Below are positions 40,790 through 49,860 of a stretch of 64,000 nucleotides of DNA, piece after piece. The position numbers and the translations under genes were made by a program. The notes beneath the pieces are model-generated. The model was not told where the DNA came from, did no database searches, and saw only the letters and a list, made by a program, of their open reading frames with translations. How positions within the stretch are numbered: position 1 is the stretch's first letter; each line of letters opens with the position of its first letter. The stretch is from an uncultured Gammaproteobacteria bacterium. Its GTDB lineage: Bacteria; Patescibacteriota; Microgenomatia; Levybacterales; UBA12049. Where the stretch lies: positions 205,553 through 269,552 of the forward strand of contig CAZERI010000001.1 in assembly GCA_964515545.1 (NCBI GenBank), written 5' to 3'.

Positions 40790-42906
40790 AATACCTACAA
40801 CTCATATTAGCCAAATTAAAAGTTGTGCTGACGCCGGTTTTTTGGAGGAGTGCTTTTCAGGCTGCCATCCATTTTCCGCCGATTGCTTTGAGGACAAGTC
40901 TGCATCTTTTAAGTTTTTTTGTCCTGCTTTTTGCCTTTTTACTGCATAAGATCATTGCCCTTTTTTCAAGAATTCCTTTAGTAGGTAAGTTTTTTGCCAT
41001 GGCTGAAGCTGCTTTTGTAAAGGGCCCAGGAAGATTTGTCAGTCCTTTTCTGGCCAAACTCGAGCATTCAGCCAAGTCGACAGTCAAGAGGTCGTATCTT
41101 ATTGAGTTAGGGTATAAAAATCTTCTTGTCAAAAAGACACGTACCTTTATTACTATCTTAGGGATGTCGGTTGGTGTTGGTGTAATTGTTCTTTTATTAT
41201 CGCTTGGTTATGGAATTGAGCGCCTTATTATTAGTCAGGTGGCAAGTCTGGATGAGTTGAAGATGGTAGATGTCACCATCGGCCAGAATACAGCCCTCAG
41301 GCTTAATGAGACAGTTCTGGCTAAGATCAAAAAATTGCCTAAAGTGACTGAAGTTATGCCAGTAGTGTCATTTGTAGGCCGTATAACCTATAACAACGCT
41401 AAGTCAGATATTCTTGTCTATTCAGCTTCCAATAAATTTATGAAGTCTTCAAATCTCAAATTAATGAAAGGAAAACTCTTTAATAATAATGCTGCCTATA
41501 TTATGAAAGGGAAGGATGTAGCTGGTATTTCTGATACAGCCCAGGTGGAGAGGTTAGGAGATCGAGCAGATTCTGGCGGAACGACATTTATTTCTGTACT
41601 GCCAGATAAGCCAGCCTTTGTCCGTGAGACCTGTTCGACTTCTGCCAAAGTGTTAGGGGTGACTCCACGCGTTGAAGGTGAGATTGAGGCTCAGGCAGTC
41701 TGGGGAGATAACTATGACAGGTATTTTGAACATACACCTCAGGTATATGACGAGATCAATGGTATCTTTCTGGCTAAATGGTATAAAGGCTCTTTCCCTA
41801 TTTACTATGAAGCTGAGGAAGGGAAGTATCAGCCATTGCTTGATCTCTATGGGAGGCCAGCCTGGAAAGATGGCTGTGTTGAAGCACCAGATGTTCAGGT
41901 AGTTGAGAGGAGAGCATTTGGTGAAGTCTTAGGAGACGCGACAGCGAGTGCAGGGCTTGCAAGTGCAGTAGATCTGACAGCCAGCAGTTCGGCAGATGAT
42001 AGCAGTCTTTTCGCCTCAACCGTCGTCTCGACTGACTCGGCAGGGCTTGAAGTTGTTTCTTTAGCAACAGGCAGCGGGAGTCTCAGCAAGAACACTAAAA
42101 TAACGCTCAGTTCAGGCAATTCAAGAGAGGCAGTTGTCTCCAAGGCTCTCCTCTCGCTTTTCAATATTCCACTTGGTAGTGCTATTGGTAAAGAGTTCAA
42201 GGTCTCATTTATTTTGACTAAATCACTTTTGCCAAGTATTGATGGCAAGGCTACGACTGAGGATCTGCCATATAAAATAATAGGAGTTATTGATGATGAT
42301 AATACGCCTTTTTTCTATGTCCCGCTTGCTGATATCGCTAGGATGAAGGTGGACAATTTCTCACAGCTGAAAATCGTTCTTGGAGATCAGACAGGTCTCT
42401 CAAGTGTCCGCAAGGCAATTGAGACATTAGGATTCCGTACGACAAGTACAGCAGATACAATCTCACAAATTGAAAGCTTGTTTAATAATATTCGTGTCAT
42501 ATTAGGGCTCTTAGGTATGGTAGCGCTAGCAGTTGCTTCGCTTGGTATGTTTAATACCCTGACTGTGTCACTTCTTGAAAGAACAAGAGAAATTGGAGGA
42601 TTAAAGACCATGGGTATGATTAGCCAGGAAGTACAGGATCTCTTCCTTTCAGAAGCTATGATAATGGGATTAGCAGGAGGTTTTGGGGGATTGGCTTTGG
42701 GTTTTGTGGTCGGACAGCTTCTCTCATTCTTAGTCTCTCTGGTCGCATTAACTAATGGGCAAGGATATTTGAACCTGACATATATTCCGCCTTTCTTAAG
42801 CTTTTTTATTATTATTTCGTCTTTTGTGGTGGGACTTATAACAGGTCTCTATCCATCAAGACGAGCTCGTAAGATCTCAGCACTTAATGCTTTGCGCTAC
42901 GAGTAA
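40786..42906 (+). CDS. ABC transporter permease, FtsX/MacB-like, with large extracytoplasmic domain
   Basis: ATGA overlap with the ATPase gene; C-terminal FtsX-like 3-TM block; about 380-aa extracellular region. Confidence 0.8.
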   Translation: MKYLQLILAKLKVVLTPVFWRSAFQAAIHFPPIALRTSLHLLSFFVLLFAFLLHKIIALFSRIPLVGKFFAMAEAAFVKGPGRFVSPFLAKLEHSAKSTVKRSYLIELGYKNLLVKKTRTFITILGMSVGVGVIVLLLSLGYGIERLIISQVASLDELKMVDVTIGQNTALRLNETVLAKIKKLPKVTEVMPVVSFVGRITYNNAKSDILVYSASNKFMKSSNLKLMKGKLFNNNAAYIMKGKDVAGISDTAQVERLGDRADSGGTTFISVLPDKPAFVRETCSTSAKVLGVTPRVEGEIEAQAVWGDNYDRYFEHTPQVYDEINGIFLAKWYKGSFPIYYEAEEGKYQPLLDLYGRPAWKDGCVEAPDVQVVERRAFGEVLGDATASAGLASAVDLTASSSADDSSLFASTVVSTDSAGLEVVSLATGSGSLSKNTKITLSSGNSREAVVSKALLSLFNIPLGSAIGKEFKVSFILTKSLLPSIDGKATTEDLPYKIIGVIDDDNTPFFYVPLADIARMKVDNFSQLKIVLGDQTGLSSVRKAIETLGFRTTSTADTISQIESLFNNIRVILGLLGMVALAVASLGMFNTLTVSLLERTREIGGLKTMGMISQEVQDLFLSEAMIMGLAGGFGGLALGFVVGQLLSFLVSLVALTNGQGYLNLTYIPPFLSFFIIISSFVVGLITGLYPSRRARKISALNALRYE

Positions 42907-42925
42907 CTTCGTGTAATATAGATAT

Positions 42926-43711
42926 ATGCCCAAAAAACCTGCCCGCACCCGGACTGTCAAACGAAAGCCACCTAAGACTCCTGAGCCTATGCCTTTTGAG
43001 AAAATAGATTTACTCATTTCTAATGAAGAAGAACATATTGAGAAGGATGTCGAGACGATAGTAGTGAAAGTGAAAAAACTCTTGACTGACCATAGCAGCC
43101 TGACAAAAGCAGAGTTTGTAAAGTTTTTTATTCTACCATTTTCTCTCTCCTTTGTCCTTTTGTTTGTTTTTCTTTTGACAATTACTTCAAAAGACCCCAT
43201 CCGTATTCCTTCTTTCCAGGTTAAGACTACAGTCCGCGGTTTTGGGGATATTCTCACTAAGCTTACAGCTATTACCAATAAAGGAAAGTCATTAAAAGGG
43301 CAGGAAATATTTGATCCGTATCAGGTTAAATTGGATCTTGATAGGGGGGAGTTGTTTTATGCATTGATTGATATAAGATCTCCTGAAGAATTTAGTAAAG
43401 GACATATTAGAGACGCAGTCAATCTACCGGCGTATAGCAACTTTAATGACTTGAAGAAACTTTCTTTGTCAGAAGGAGGAATTACTCAGAATCTCCGCAG
43501 ATTAGTCCCTCGTAAAAAGCCGATTGTTGTCTATGGTACGACCAGGGATTCTCAGGTAACGCACGATATAGTGGCTATTTTAAGTCGTAATGGTTATGAG
43601 GTAAGTACGCTGGGAGTTGGCTGGAATGAGTGGAGACATTTCACTAATTTATGGGTACCTGAGGCTGGCTGGGACAGCTTCCAGATAGAAAACTATGTTG
43701 ACGAAAAATAA
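42926..43711 (+). CDS. membrane-anchored rhodanese-like domain protein (catalytic Cys apparently absent)
   Basis: ALIDIRSPEEFSKGHIRDAVNLP rhodanese fold; loop VVYGTTRDS has Gly where the active Cys is expected. Confidence 0.65.
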   Translation: MPKKPARTRTVKRKPPKTPEPMPFEKIDLLISNEEEHIEKDVETIVVKVKKLLTDHSSLTKAEFVKFFILPFSLSFVLLFVFLLTITSKDPIRIPSFQVKTTVRGFGDILTKLTAITNKGKSLKGQEIFDPYQVKLDLDRGELFYALIDIRSPEEFSKGHIRDAVNLPAYSNFNDLKKLSLSEGGITQNLRRLVPRKKPIVVYGTTRDSQVTHDIVAILSRNGYEVSTLGVGWNEWRHFTNLWVPEAGWDSFQIENYVDEK

Positions 43712-43722
43712 TATGAATTACG

Positions 43723-44625
43723 ATGAACGATTTTTCTTTTCTTAAAAACACAGTAACGAAAAAATGGCTGATTTTAGCCCCCAGACGTGCAAAGCGTCCT
43801 GATGTAGCTAATGGAAGTCAGCCACATTGTCCATTTTGTCCAGGTAAAGAAAGAGAAGAAGTAGAGCTTTACCGTATAGGAGGAGAGAAAGGGGACAAGA
43901 ACTGGGAAGTGAGAGTCATTCCTAATAAATTTCCTTTTGCTCCAATCCATGAGCTAGTGATTAATACCCCCGACCATGATGCTACCTTTGCCTCCTTCTC
44001 AACTGAGCATATAGAACGCTTACTCCAAGTCTATCGTCATCGATACAATGAAAATTCACTGCATGGTCAGGTGTATATCTTCCATAACCATGGCCAGAAA
44101 GCAGGCGAGAGTATCCCTCATTCTCATACCCAGATAGTGGTCATACCAGATAAGGTTTATCTGGATGTACCACAGCTAAGTTCTGTTTTACCTTTTGAGA
44201 AAGGAAGTATCGAGAAGGCTTTAGAGCCTCTGGAGACAAGCCATTTTCAGATTTTCTGCCCCAGGCTTTCTGTGTGGTCAGATGAAGTCTGGATTGCACC
44301 TAAAAAGAGAAAAACGATGTTTGGAGAGTCTAGTGATGATATGCTTTCTGACTTGGCCTACTGCCTTTCTCACCTCATAAATATCTTTGATCTCCGTTAC
44401 AACAAGGATTATCCTTTTAATTTTTATATTCATCCAGACGGCGACTGGTATCTGCGTATGATCCCGAGAGTGAGGACACTTGGTGGTTTTGAGGTCGGCA
44501 CGAATGTCTTTGTGAATACCCAAAATCCGGAGGAGACAATGATATTTATCAGAGAACAGTTCCAGACTCCTGATGGAGAGAAAATCATGAAAGAGCACCA
44601 AGCCGAGTATCACCGCACTATATAA
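43723..44625 (+). CDS. galT: galactose-1-phosphate uridylyltransferase-like (GalT/HIT superfamily)
   Basis: Zinc motif HCPFCPG and HxHxQ (HSHTQIVV). Confidence 0.7.
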   Translation: MNDFSFLKNTVTKKWLILAPRRAKRPDVANGSQPHCPFCPGKEREEVELYRIGGEKGDKNWEVRVIPNKFPFAPIHELVINTPDHDATFASFSTEHIERLLQVYRHRYNENSLHGQVYIFHNHGQKAGESIPHSHTQIVVIPDKVYLDVPQLSSVLPFEKGSIEKALEPLETSHFQIFCPRLSVWSDEVWIAPKKRKTMFGESSDDMLSDLAYCLSHLINIFDLRYNKDYPFNFYIHPDGDWYLRMIPRVRTLGGFEVGTNVFVNTQNPEETMIFIREQFQTPDGEKIMKEHQAEYHRTI

Positions 44626-44789
44626 CTATCCTATAGTTGACATTTAGGCACAACTCTTCTACAATATTCTTACTACTAGTCTCACCAGTTACTAGCCTTT
44701 AGAGAATAATTATTGTTCTTTAGAGGCTATTGGCTTTTGTGGCCGTAGTCGAGTAGCAGCGATTCTGCTACAGCTCAGGGAGGTGCTGA

Positions 44790-45095
44790 ATGCACACTCA
44801 GCAGACTTTGGAAGAAAAGTTCGCTCGGTCCGCGCGGGCAGCTGCCCGCTCGAACTCGCCCGTCCGGGTCGATCAGATGCGCGAACGCCTCATCAAGGCG
44901 CTCAAGCATCGGGAGGAGCAGCTTGGGGGGCGCGAGCCCAAACCCAACAACAACATCCTGAAGAAGCAGGTTCGCCTCCGCGTCTTCAACCAAGCTCTCG
45001 AAGAGGGCTGGGCGGGGGAGAACCTCCGGTCTAACCGGCACAAGAAGGGGCAACACCCCTTTGGCCGGCAGCACAACCAGGCCTACGTTCGGTAG
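44790..45095 (+). CDS. hypothetical basic protein, GC-rich island gene 1
   Basis: GGAGGTGCTGA-ATG SD; strong G/C third-codon-position bias in this frame. Confidence 0.45.
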   Translation: MHTQQTLEEKFARSARAAARSNSPVRVDQMRERLIKALKHREEQLGGREPKPNNNILKKQVRLRVFNQALEEGWAGENLRSNRHKKGQHPFGRQHNQAYVR

Positions 45096-45528
45096 GCCCA
45101 ACTTTCTGAGCAAACAACGCTGAGAGGCACATGGCTTGAAAGAGCCAGTGGGAGTGACATTCCGTCTCCGCTATATGCGGGGAACGGGGTCGATCTGCCA
45201 CGTGCCTCTTGGCGTCCATCGAACCTTAACAACTAATTATCATAAAGAGTTATTCCGCTGATAAAGCAAGTTGTTTATTCTATACTTACTACATTTGTGT
45301 GGTAAGACATGGCAATAAACCTGATTTACTTTGTAGCGGGATCGTCTCTTTATGAGTTACTCACATGTTGATCGGCAGCCCGATGGGAATTTAAATTCTA
45401 AATTCTTGTTGGGCTGTCGGTCACTAGCTGAAAGGGGGAACAACTACTGATGGCATTGTATTTGATTGACCGACAGCCCTTTTATCCGTCCTATCCCGTT
45501 GAAAGGCGGGTTGAGAAAGGAGTCCCAC

Positions 45529-45801
45529 ATGGGATCTCCAGGCACAAAGCTCACACCAGAGGAGGAAGAGCTTTGGCGGAATCGCTGCTGGTTCAACGCA
45601 GCGATCTGTCAGTCAGACTATGAACTCGTCACCAAGTACACCCGGCTTCGGCTGTGGCTCTTTACACGGGGCGAATTCATGACCGACCGCTTCCTCCAGC
45701 GGATTCACGTCTGGTTGGAGGTCCTGCAGGCAAATTTCCGCCTGCGGGGCATGAGCGTCACCACTACCGTCGGCATCGCCTACGTTCCATCAGGGGAGTA
45801 G
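45529..45801 (+). CDS. hypothetical protein, GC-rich island gene 2
   Basis: AAAGGAG SD before ATG; G/C-rich third positions. Confidence 0.4.
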   Translation: MGSPGTKLTPEEEELWRNRCWFNAAICQSDYELVTKYTRLRLWLFTRGEFMTDRFLQRIHVWLEVLQANFRLRGMSVTTTVGIAYVPSGE

Positions 45802-45821
45802 GCCACAGAGGGAAGCTACCC

Positions 45822-46055
45822 ATGAGCGGCAAGCAAATCCACGAGCAGACCAAAAAGATCGAAGAAAAGGGGTCCGGCGTCAAGGTCGACCCCGATGCCT
45901 TCAACCGAAGTCTGACTACTGTCTTCGGCCCGATGGGAGGGCACAGCCGTTTTGGGCGGGAGTCCGCCCGGCTTCTCCTGCTGGAATACTGGCTCAAGTT
46001 GAGTCAGCCAGCGGAGTCCTCGTCGATGACCGCGTCCGCCGCGGCTGCTGAGTAA
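45822..46055 (+). CDS. hypothetical protein, GC-rich island gene 3
   Basis: GAGGGAAG SD 8 nt before ATG; followed by a long structured element. Confidence 0.4.
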   Translation: MSGKQIHEQTKKIEEKGSGVKVDPDAFNRSLTTVFGPMGGHSRFGRESARLLLLEYWLKLSQPAESSSMTASAAAAE

Positions 46056-46068
46056 CTCGAGACGATGT

Positions 46069-46145
46069 CCGAGAGGCACACGACCATCTGGTCACTACCT
46101 CGTAAATGCCCGGTTGGGCGTTTATCAGGTAGCCGTGCCTCTCGG
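46069..46145 (+). terminator. structured element: 11-bp outer stem CCGAGAGGCAC/GTGCCTCTCGG enclosing smaller hairpins; probable terminator of the GC-rich island
   Basis: Inverted repeats by eye, directly after the stop of 45822..46055. Confidence 0.4.
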
Positions 46146-46320
46146 CGTCAGACCACCACTTAACTTCCGATAACTTACCCACCAAATACCTCCGTTAGGA
46201 TAGTTTATTAATTAAAGCTAAAAGAAGAGGAAATGATCATGTTAAGTAGTGGTTTGATAGTGCCCAAAAGAGGATATGCGAGCCATGGGTAATGATAAAA
46301 TAGAAGAGAAGAAAGCTCAG

Positions 46321-46614
46321 CTAGATAGCTCCACCTTTTTCCTGGATGCCCAAAAGCCAGAGGACTGCTTCTTTCTTGTAGCGCCTGTCACCTCGGCTGT
46401 TAATACGAATAGCTGGGAGTTTACCCCTTTTTCCCCAGCGTTTGATAGTAAGAGGCGAGACGCGAAGAACTTCTGCCACTTCACGTACAGTGAGAAGATC
46501 TGGAAGGTCGTTGATTGATATCTTTTGATCAGCCATAGCCTGAAGAATACTACTTAGATAATCATTGTGATAATTACCTGTTGATAAAGTAACAAACTGT
46601 AACATAACTGTCAA
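46321..46614 (-). CDS. excisionase/MerR-family HTH DNA-binding protein (true start may be the internal M at about 46536)
   Basis: LTVREVAEVLRVSPLTIKRWGKRGKLPAIRINSRGDRRYKKE matches the HTH_17/Xis-like fold. Confidence 0.5.
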   Translation of the reverse strand: MTVMLQFVTLSTGNYHNDYLSSILQAMADQKISINDLPDLLTVREVAEVLRVSPLTIKRWGKRGKLPAIRINSRGDRRYKKEAVLWLLGIQEKGGAI

Positions 46615-47253
46615 TAACCTATAACTTTTTGCTGAGCTTTTTGGCAGGAAAAAAGAGAATTTCTCACTACATAAGAGAAATTAGTTGATGAAGATGTCTC
46701 CTGATCAAAAACATCTGAGCCAACCATCATTAGGTCCTGGATAAGCTTGAGAAAGAATAGCTCCGATGAATCTGATCTTAGTTAAGATCACTTTTTAAGA
46801 CCAACGCCGTACAATGCCCTAGAAGGCCTCTGAAATTTTTACTAGGGAAGAGTAGAGCATCTTTTCAATATCCCATCCAACAGTAAATTACTATAAAACC
46901 CTGACTTACTTTTTATATCACCCATAGTATCCCATTATAAGGCTAGAGAAGAGAAGCCTGAAGTAAAATAGATTTTGTGGATATCCACAGGAAAACTTTT
47001 AATTGTTGATAAATTTGTCAGGAATTTTGTTGGGAATTTTGAAATATATGAGGTTTTGGCAGAACTCATTTTTATCAAAATCTATAAATTATTCGACTTT
47101 TCACAGGACAACTATTTTAGAATATAAATTGTGTTCATTCGGGAATTGTTCGATCATGTCGCATGAATACATTCAGTAAAATATTTTCCGACATCATACG
47201 AACAAAAGACGAATTGCTGAGGTTGGAAAGAAGACTCAAAAAACTATATCAGA

Positions 47254-47616
47254 CTATATACACCTATTTGATTTTAGCTTTGGCTCCTGCGGTAGTATGC
47301 TTTGGAAGATGGTCTCTGCGGCTTTGTTATATTCTGGACCTTCTAGAGGCCCTTGTTCAATTGGTCCTTGGTATATTCCGTTCTTAGTCTTCTCAATTGC
47401 CCCGTCTCTATAGAGTCGTATTCCGGGTTGGTGTGGGGTTTCGGGTTTGATAAGACGTGGTTCTTCTTCCTCTATAGTGACTTCTCCTCCAGTGGATGGG
47501 AAAAAGGTAGTAACTAAAAGCTCTCGGTAAAGTCTCGATACTTGAGCTTGCGTTTCTTCCAGCTTACGAGTAAATTCAGCCTGTTGAGCTCCTAGTACTC
47601 TTCCTTCACTACTCAT
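47254..47616 (-). CDS. hypothetical protein, 120 aa (conflicts with + ORF 47163..47387)
   Basis: Protein-like composition; moderately GC-rich segment flanked by 16-bp direct repeats. Confidence 0.3.
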   Translation of the reverse strand: MSSEGRVLGAQQAEFTRKLEETQAQVSRLYRELLVTTFFPSTGGEVTIEEEEPRLIKPETPHQPGIRLYRDGAIEKTKNGIYQGPIEQGPLEGPEYNKAAETIFQSILPQEPKLKSNRCI

Positions 47617-47756
47617 AGAAGGACTCTATCAGGTTAAAGAGGGTAATTCAAGAGAGATGGCCACGAAATGCCCTAGAAGGCCGATCTTTTTTAAGTAATG
47701 GCTGGAGACATTAATAAATAAGCTAGACTAAAAAAGGAAAGTTAAAAGAGAAGTAA

Positions 47757-48314
47757 TTAGAGGGTAGCACACCAGTAGCAGTTGGCAGAGCCGCCTTTGG
47801 ATTTGCAGGTAGTATTATTGGTAGTAGAACCAGCACCAGAAGTATAGATGGTATTAGCATCACGCTGCTGGGATTTAGACTGTGGCATATAACAGGCAGT
47901 AGCACGATTAGATGGATTAGTAGTATCTCCCGTAATATAGACCAAAGCAGTTATACTTGTTGCTGCGGTGAATTCATCCTTCAGCTCTCCATCTGTTATC
48001 AATCCATTGACACACGTAAGTCCAGCTCCACTATTAATAACTGCTCCTGAAATAACTCCAGCTGTACCACAATTAGCTACCCCTCCTGTACCCCATGGCA
48101 TATCATTATGCGTTGTGTAGTAGCGAAGTGATGCATTAACCAACTCCACTGCAGCATTCTTTACATTAGAATCATTTGCCTTCTTCAACTGCTCAAATGG
48201 ATCTATGGTTGCTACTAAGGCTGTTGCCAAAATACCTAAAATACCCAAAACAACGAGTAGTTCGATAAGCGTAAAGCCTTTGAGGTGGTGCAGTGTGGTT
48301 CGGGCAGATTTCAT
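47757..48314 (-). CDS. type IV pilin/pseudopilin-like protein
   Basis: Class III signal: MKSARTTLHHLKG|FTLIELLVVLGILGILA (G-1, E+5). Confidence 0.8.
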   Translation of the reverse strand: MKSARTTLHHLKGFTLIELLVVLGILGILATALVATIDPFEQLKKANDSNVKNAAVELVNASLRYYTTHNDMPWGTGGVANCGTAGVISGAVINSGAGLTCVNGLITDGELKDEFTAATSITALVYITGDTTNPSNRATACYMPQSKSQQRDANTIYTSGAGSTTNNTTCKSKGGSANCYWCATL

Positions 48315-48596
48315 ATCTCTAGAGTGAATCAATCATCTCTTCATTTATTATTCACAGGTTCTTACACTCTTGTCAAGTGGGAGTTTGTCCCAATTCAGCC
48401 ACAAAAAACCCCGTCCAGCGAAGTATAAAGTACACAGTATAAAGAATTTAGTATTGCGATTTATCATAAAAAAAGTATCTAGCAAAAGTAGAGATAAAAG
48501 TACAATTTATACTAAATACCAAATACTCAATACTAGATACTAATTTTACTTAAGTTTCTGGCGGAGCCAGATCTCGCTTCACGAGACAACAAGGGG

Positions 48597-48992
48597 TTAT
48601 TTCAACTCTACAGTTGCACCGGCTGCTGTAAGCTTTTCCTTAGCTTCATCAGCGGTTTTCTTGTTAACTTGAGACATAACTTCTTTAGGAGCTGTATCAG
48701 CGAGGTCTTTAGCTTCCTTAAGACCAAGTGTAGGAACTAGTTCACGGATAGCTTTAATAACGCCGATTTTGTTTGCACCTGCAGAAGCAAGAATAACGTT
48801 GAAGACTGTTTGTTCTTCAGCTGGAGCTGCGTCAGCTGCTGCTGCGCCTCCTGCTGCTGGAGCTGAGGCAACTGCCATAGCTGCTGCACTTACTCCGAAT
48901 TTTTCTTCGAGAGCTTTAACGAGATCAGAAAGTTCGAGAACAGACATTTCTTCAATTGCTTGCATTAATTCATCTTTAGTTAATTTTGCCAT
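48597..48992 (-). CDS. rplL: 50S ribosomal protein L7/L12
   Basis: [34 protein letters not shown]..., Ala-rich hinge, conserved C-terminal domain. Confidence 0.95.
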   Translation of the reverse strand: MAKLTKDELMQAIEEMSVLELSDLVKALEEKFGVSAAAMAVASAPAAGGAAAADAAPAEEQTVFNVILASAGANKIGVIKAIRELVPTLGLKEAKDLADTAPKEVMSQVNKKTADEAKEKLTAAGATVELK

Positions 48993-49030
48993 AAAATCTG
49001 TTCACCTCCTCCACGTAGCGATTAGTTACT

Positions 49031-49085
49031 AGCGTCTAGAAGTTAGTTAACTAACTAAACACTAAGCGCTAATTAACTAGACGCT
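49031..49085 (-). promoter_or_regulatory. palindromic structured element AGCGTCTAG...TTAGTTAACTAA...CTAGACGCT in the rplJ-rplL intergenic region
   Basis: 9-bp outer arms plus inner 12-bp palindrome; near-duplicate of the element upstream of rplJ. Confidence 0.4.
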
Positions 49086-49645
49086 CCTTTCTGTTTAGCG
49101 ATAGCATTAAGAGTCATAACAAGAGTCTGCATGTTCCATGAAAGTGCTCGGTGAAGGCCTTGAACAGGAGACATCATCATGCCAAGTAACTGCGCACGCA
49201 TCTGTGGAAGCGGTGGGAGAGTAGCAAGTTTGAGTACTTGATCGGAAGAAATTGCTTTCTTATCCAAAAGACCAAATTTTACTGTAGGAAGACCTAAGTC
49301 TTTGGAGGTCTTAGCTAATTCTTTAAGAGGGGCGACAATCTCACCATAGATAAAGAGGGTAGCTGTCGGCTGTTCAAAGTTCTTTTTATCCTCATCTGAT
49401 AGATTATAGTCAGACAGAGCCCGAAGCATGAGGGTATTTTTAACTGCGACGAACTCAGCATCTAACTTCCTGGAAGCTTTCTTTAAGCCTTCAAGTTGTA
49501 AATGAGTAAGGCCCTGGTAGTTCACAAAGACAAATGCATTAGCTTTGGAGACTTTCTCAGAAAGCTCTTTAACTAATTCTTCCTTGCGACCACGACCAAG
49601 GTGGGCTGTTGGTTGGTATGATTTTCCTCCTGCTGCTTTTGCCAT
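49073..49645 (-). CDS. rplJ: 50S ribosomal protein L10
   Basis: Similarity over full length; position between rplA and rplL. Confidence 0.9.
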   Translation of the reverse strand: MAKAAGGKSYQPTAHLGRGRKEELVKELSEKVSKANAFVFVNYQGLTHLQLEGLKKASRKLDAEFVAVKNTLMLRALSDYNLSDEDKKNFEQPTATLFIYGEIVAPLKELAKTSKDLGLPTVKFGLLDKKAISSDQVLKLATLPPLPQMRAQLLGMMMSPVQGLHRALSWNMQTLVMTLNAIAKQKGASS

Positions 49646-49689
49646 AATAATAAAAAAACTCCTTAAGAGGAGTTTTCAGATGTTAGTGA

Positions 49690-49745
49690 TTAGCGTATAG
49701 CGTCTAGTTAAACTAAACGCTAGAAACTAATTTCTAGACGCTGAT
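49690..49745 (-). promoter_or_regulatory. putative rplJ leader (L10-leader-like) structured element with AGCGTCTAG/CTAGACGCT arms
   Basis: Inverted repeats 45-100 nt upstream of the rplJ start; known site class for L10(L12)4 autoregulation. Confidence 0.4.
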
Positions 49746-49860
49746 TATGCTCCTCGGCGGGATAATTTTTAACCATTTGCTATTAGCTATTCGCCATATG
49801 CAGTGGTCCCGCTGTCTTAGGACTTGATAATGATACCAGATAGTTAGCCTTGCGTCAAGC

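Noticed and set aside
44775-45219. Several minus-strand and alternative-frame ORFs (44775..45113, 44873..45076, 45031..45219, 44783..45034) inside the GC-rich island
   Set aside because: G/C third-position bias and SD sites support the plus-strand frames listed as features. The others are Leu/Pro/Arg-rich antisense artefacts typical of high-GC DNA.
46069-46145. 77-nt structured element tested as a possible tRNA or tmRNA-like gene
   Set aside because: Its 11-bp outer stem and internal arrangement do not fit a cloverleaf, and there is no T-loop GTTCRA motif. It is better explained as a compound terminator.
45654-46185. Long ORF 45654..46055 read from its first ATG, and minus-strand ORFs 45764..45997, 45816..46079, 45994..46185
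   Set aside because: The SD GAGGGAAG supports the internal start at 45822. The upstream part overlaps gene 2 in another frame, and the minus-strand ORFs are antisense shadows.
46560-47250. About 690 bp of ORF-free AT-rich DNA screened for RNase P, SRP RNA, tmRNA and 6S-like conserved motifs
   Set aside because: No conserved core motif was recognised by eye. It remains an unexplained spacer and needs covariance-model searches.
46817-47675. 16-bp direct repeat pair treated as definitive att sites of a mobile element
   Set aside because: About one random 16-mer repeat is expected per 64 kb (both strands) by my rough estimate, so I kept it as a low-confidence finding only.
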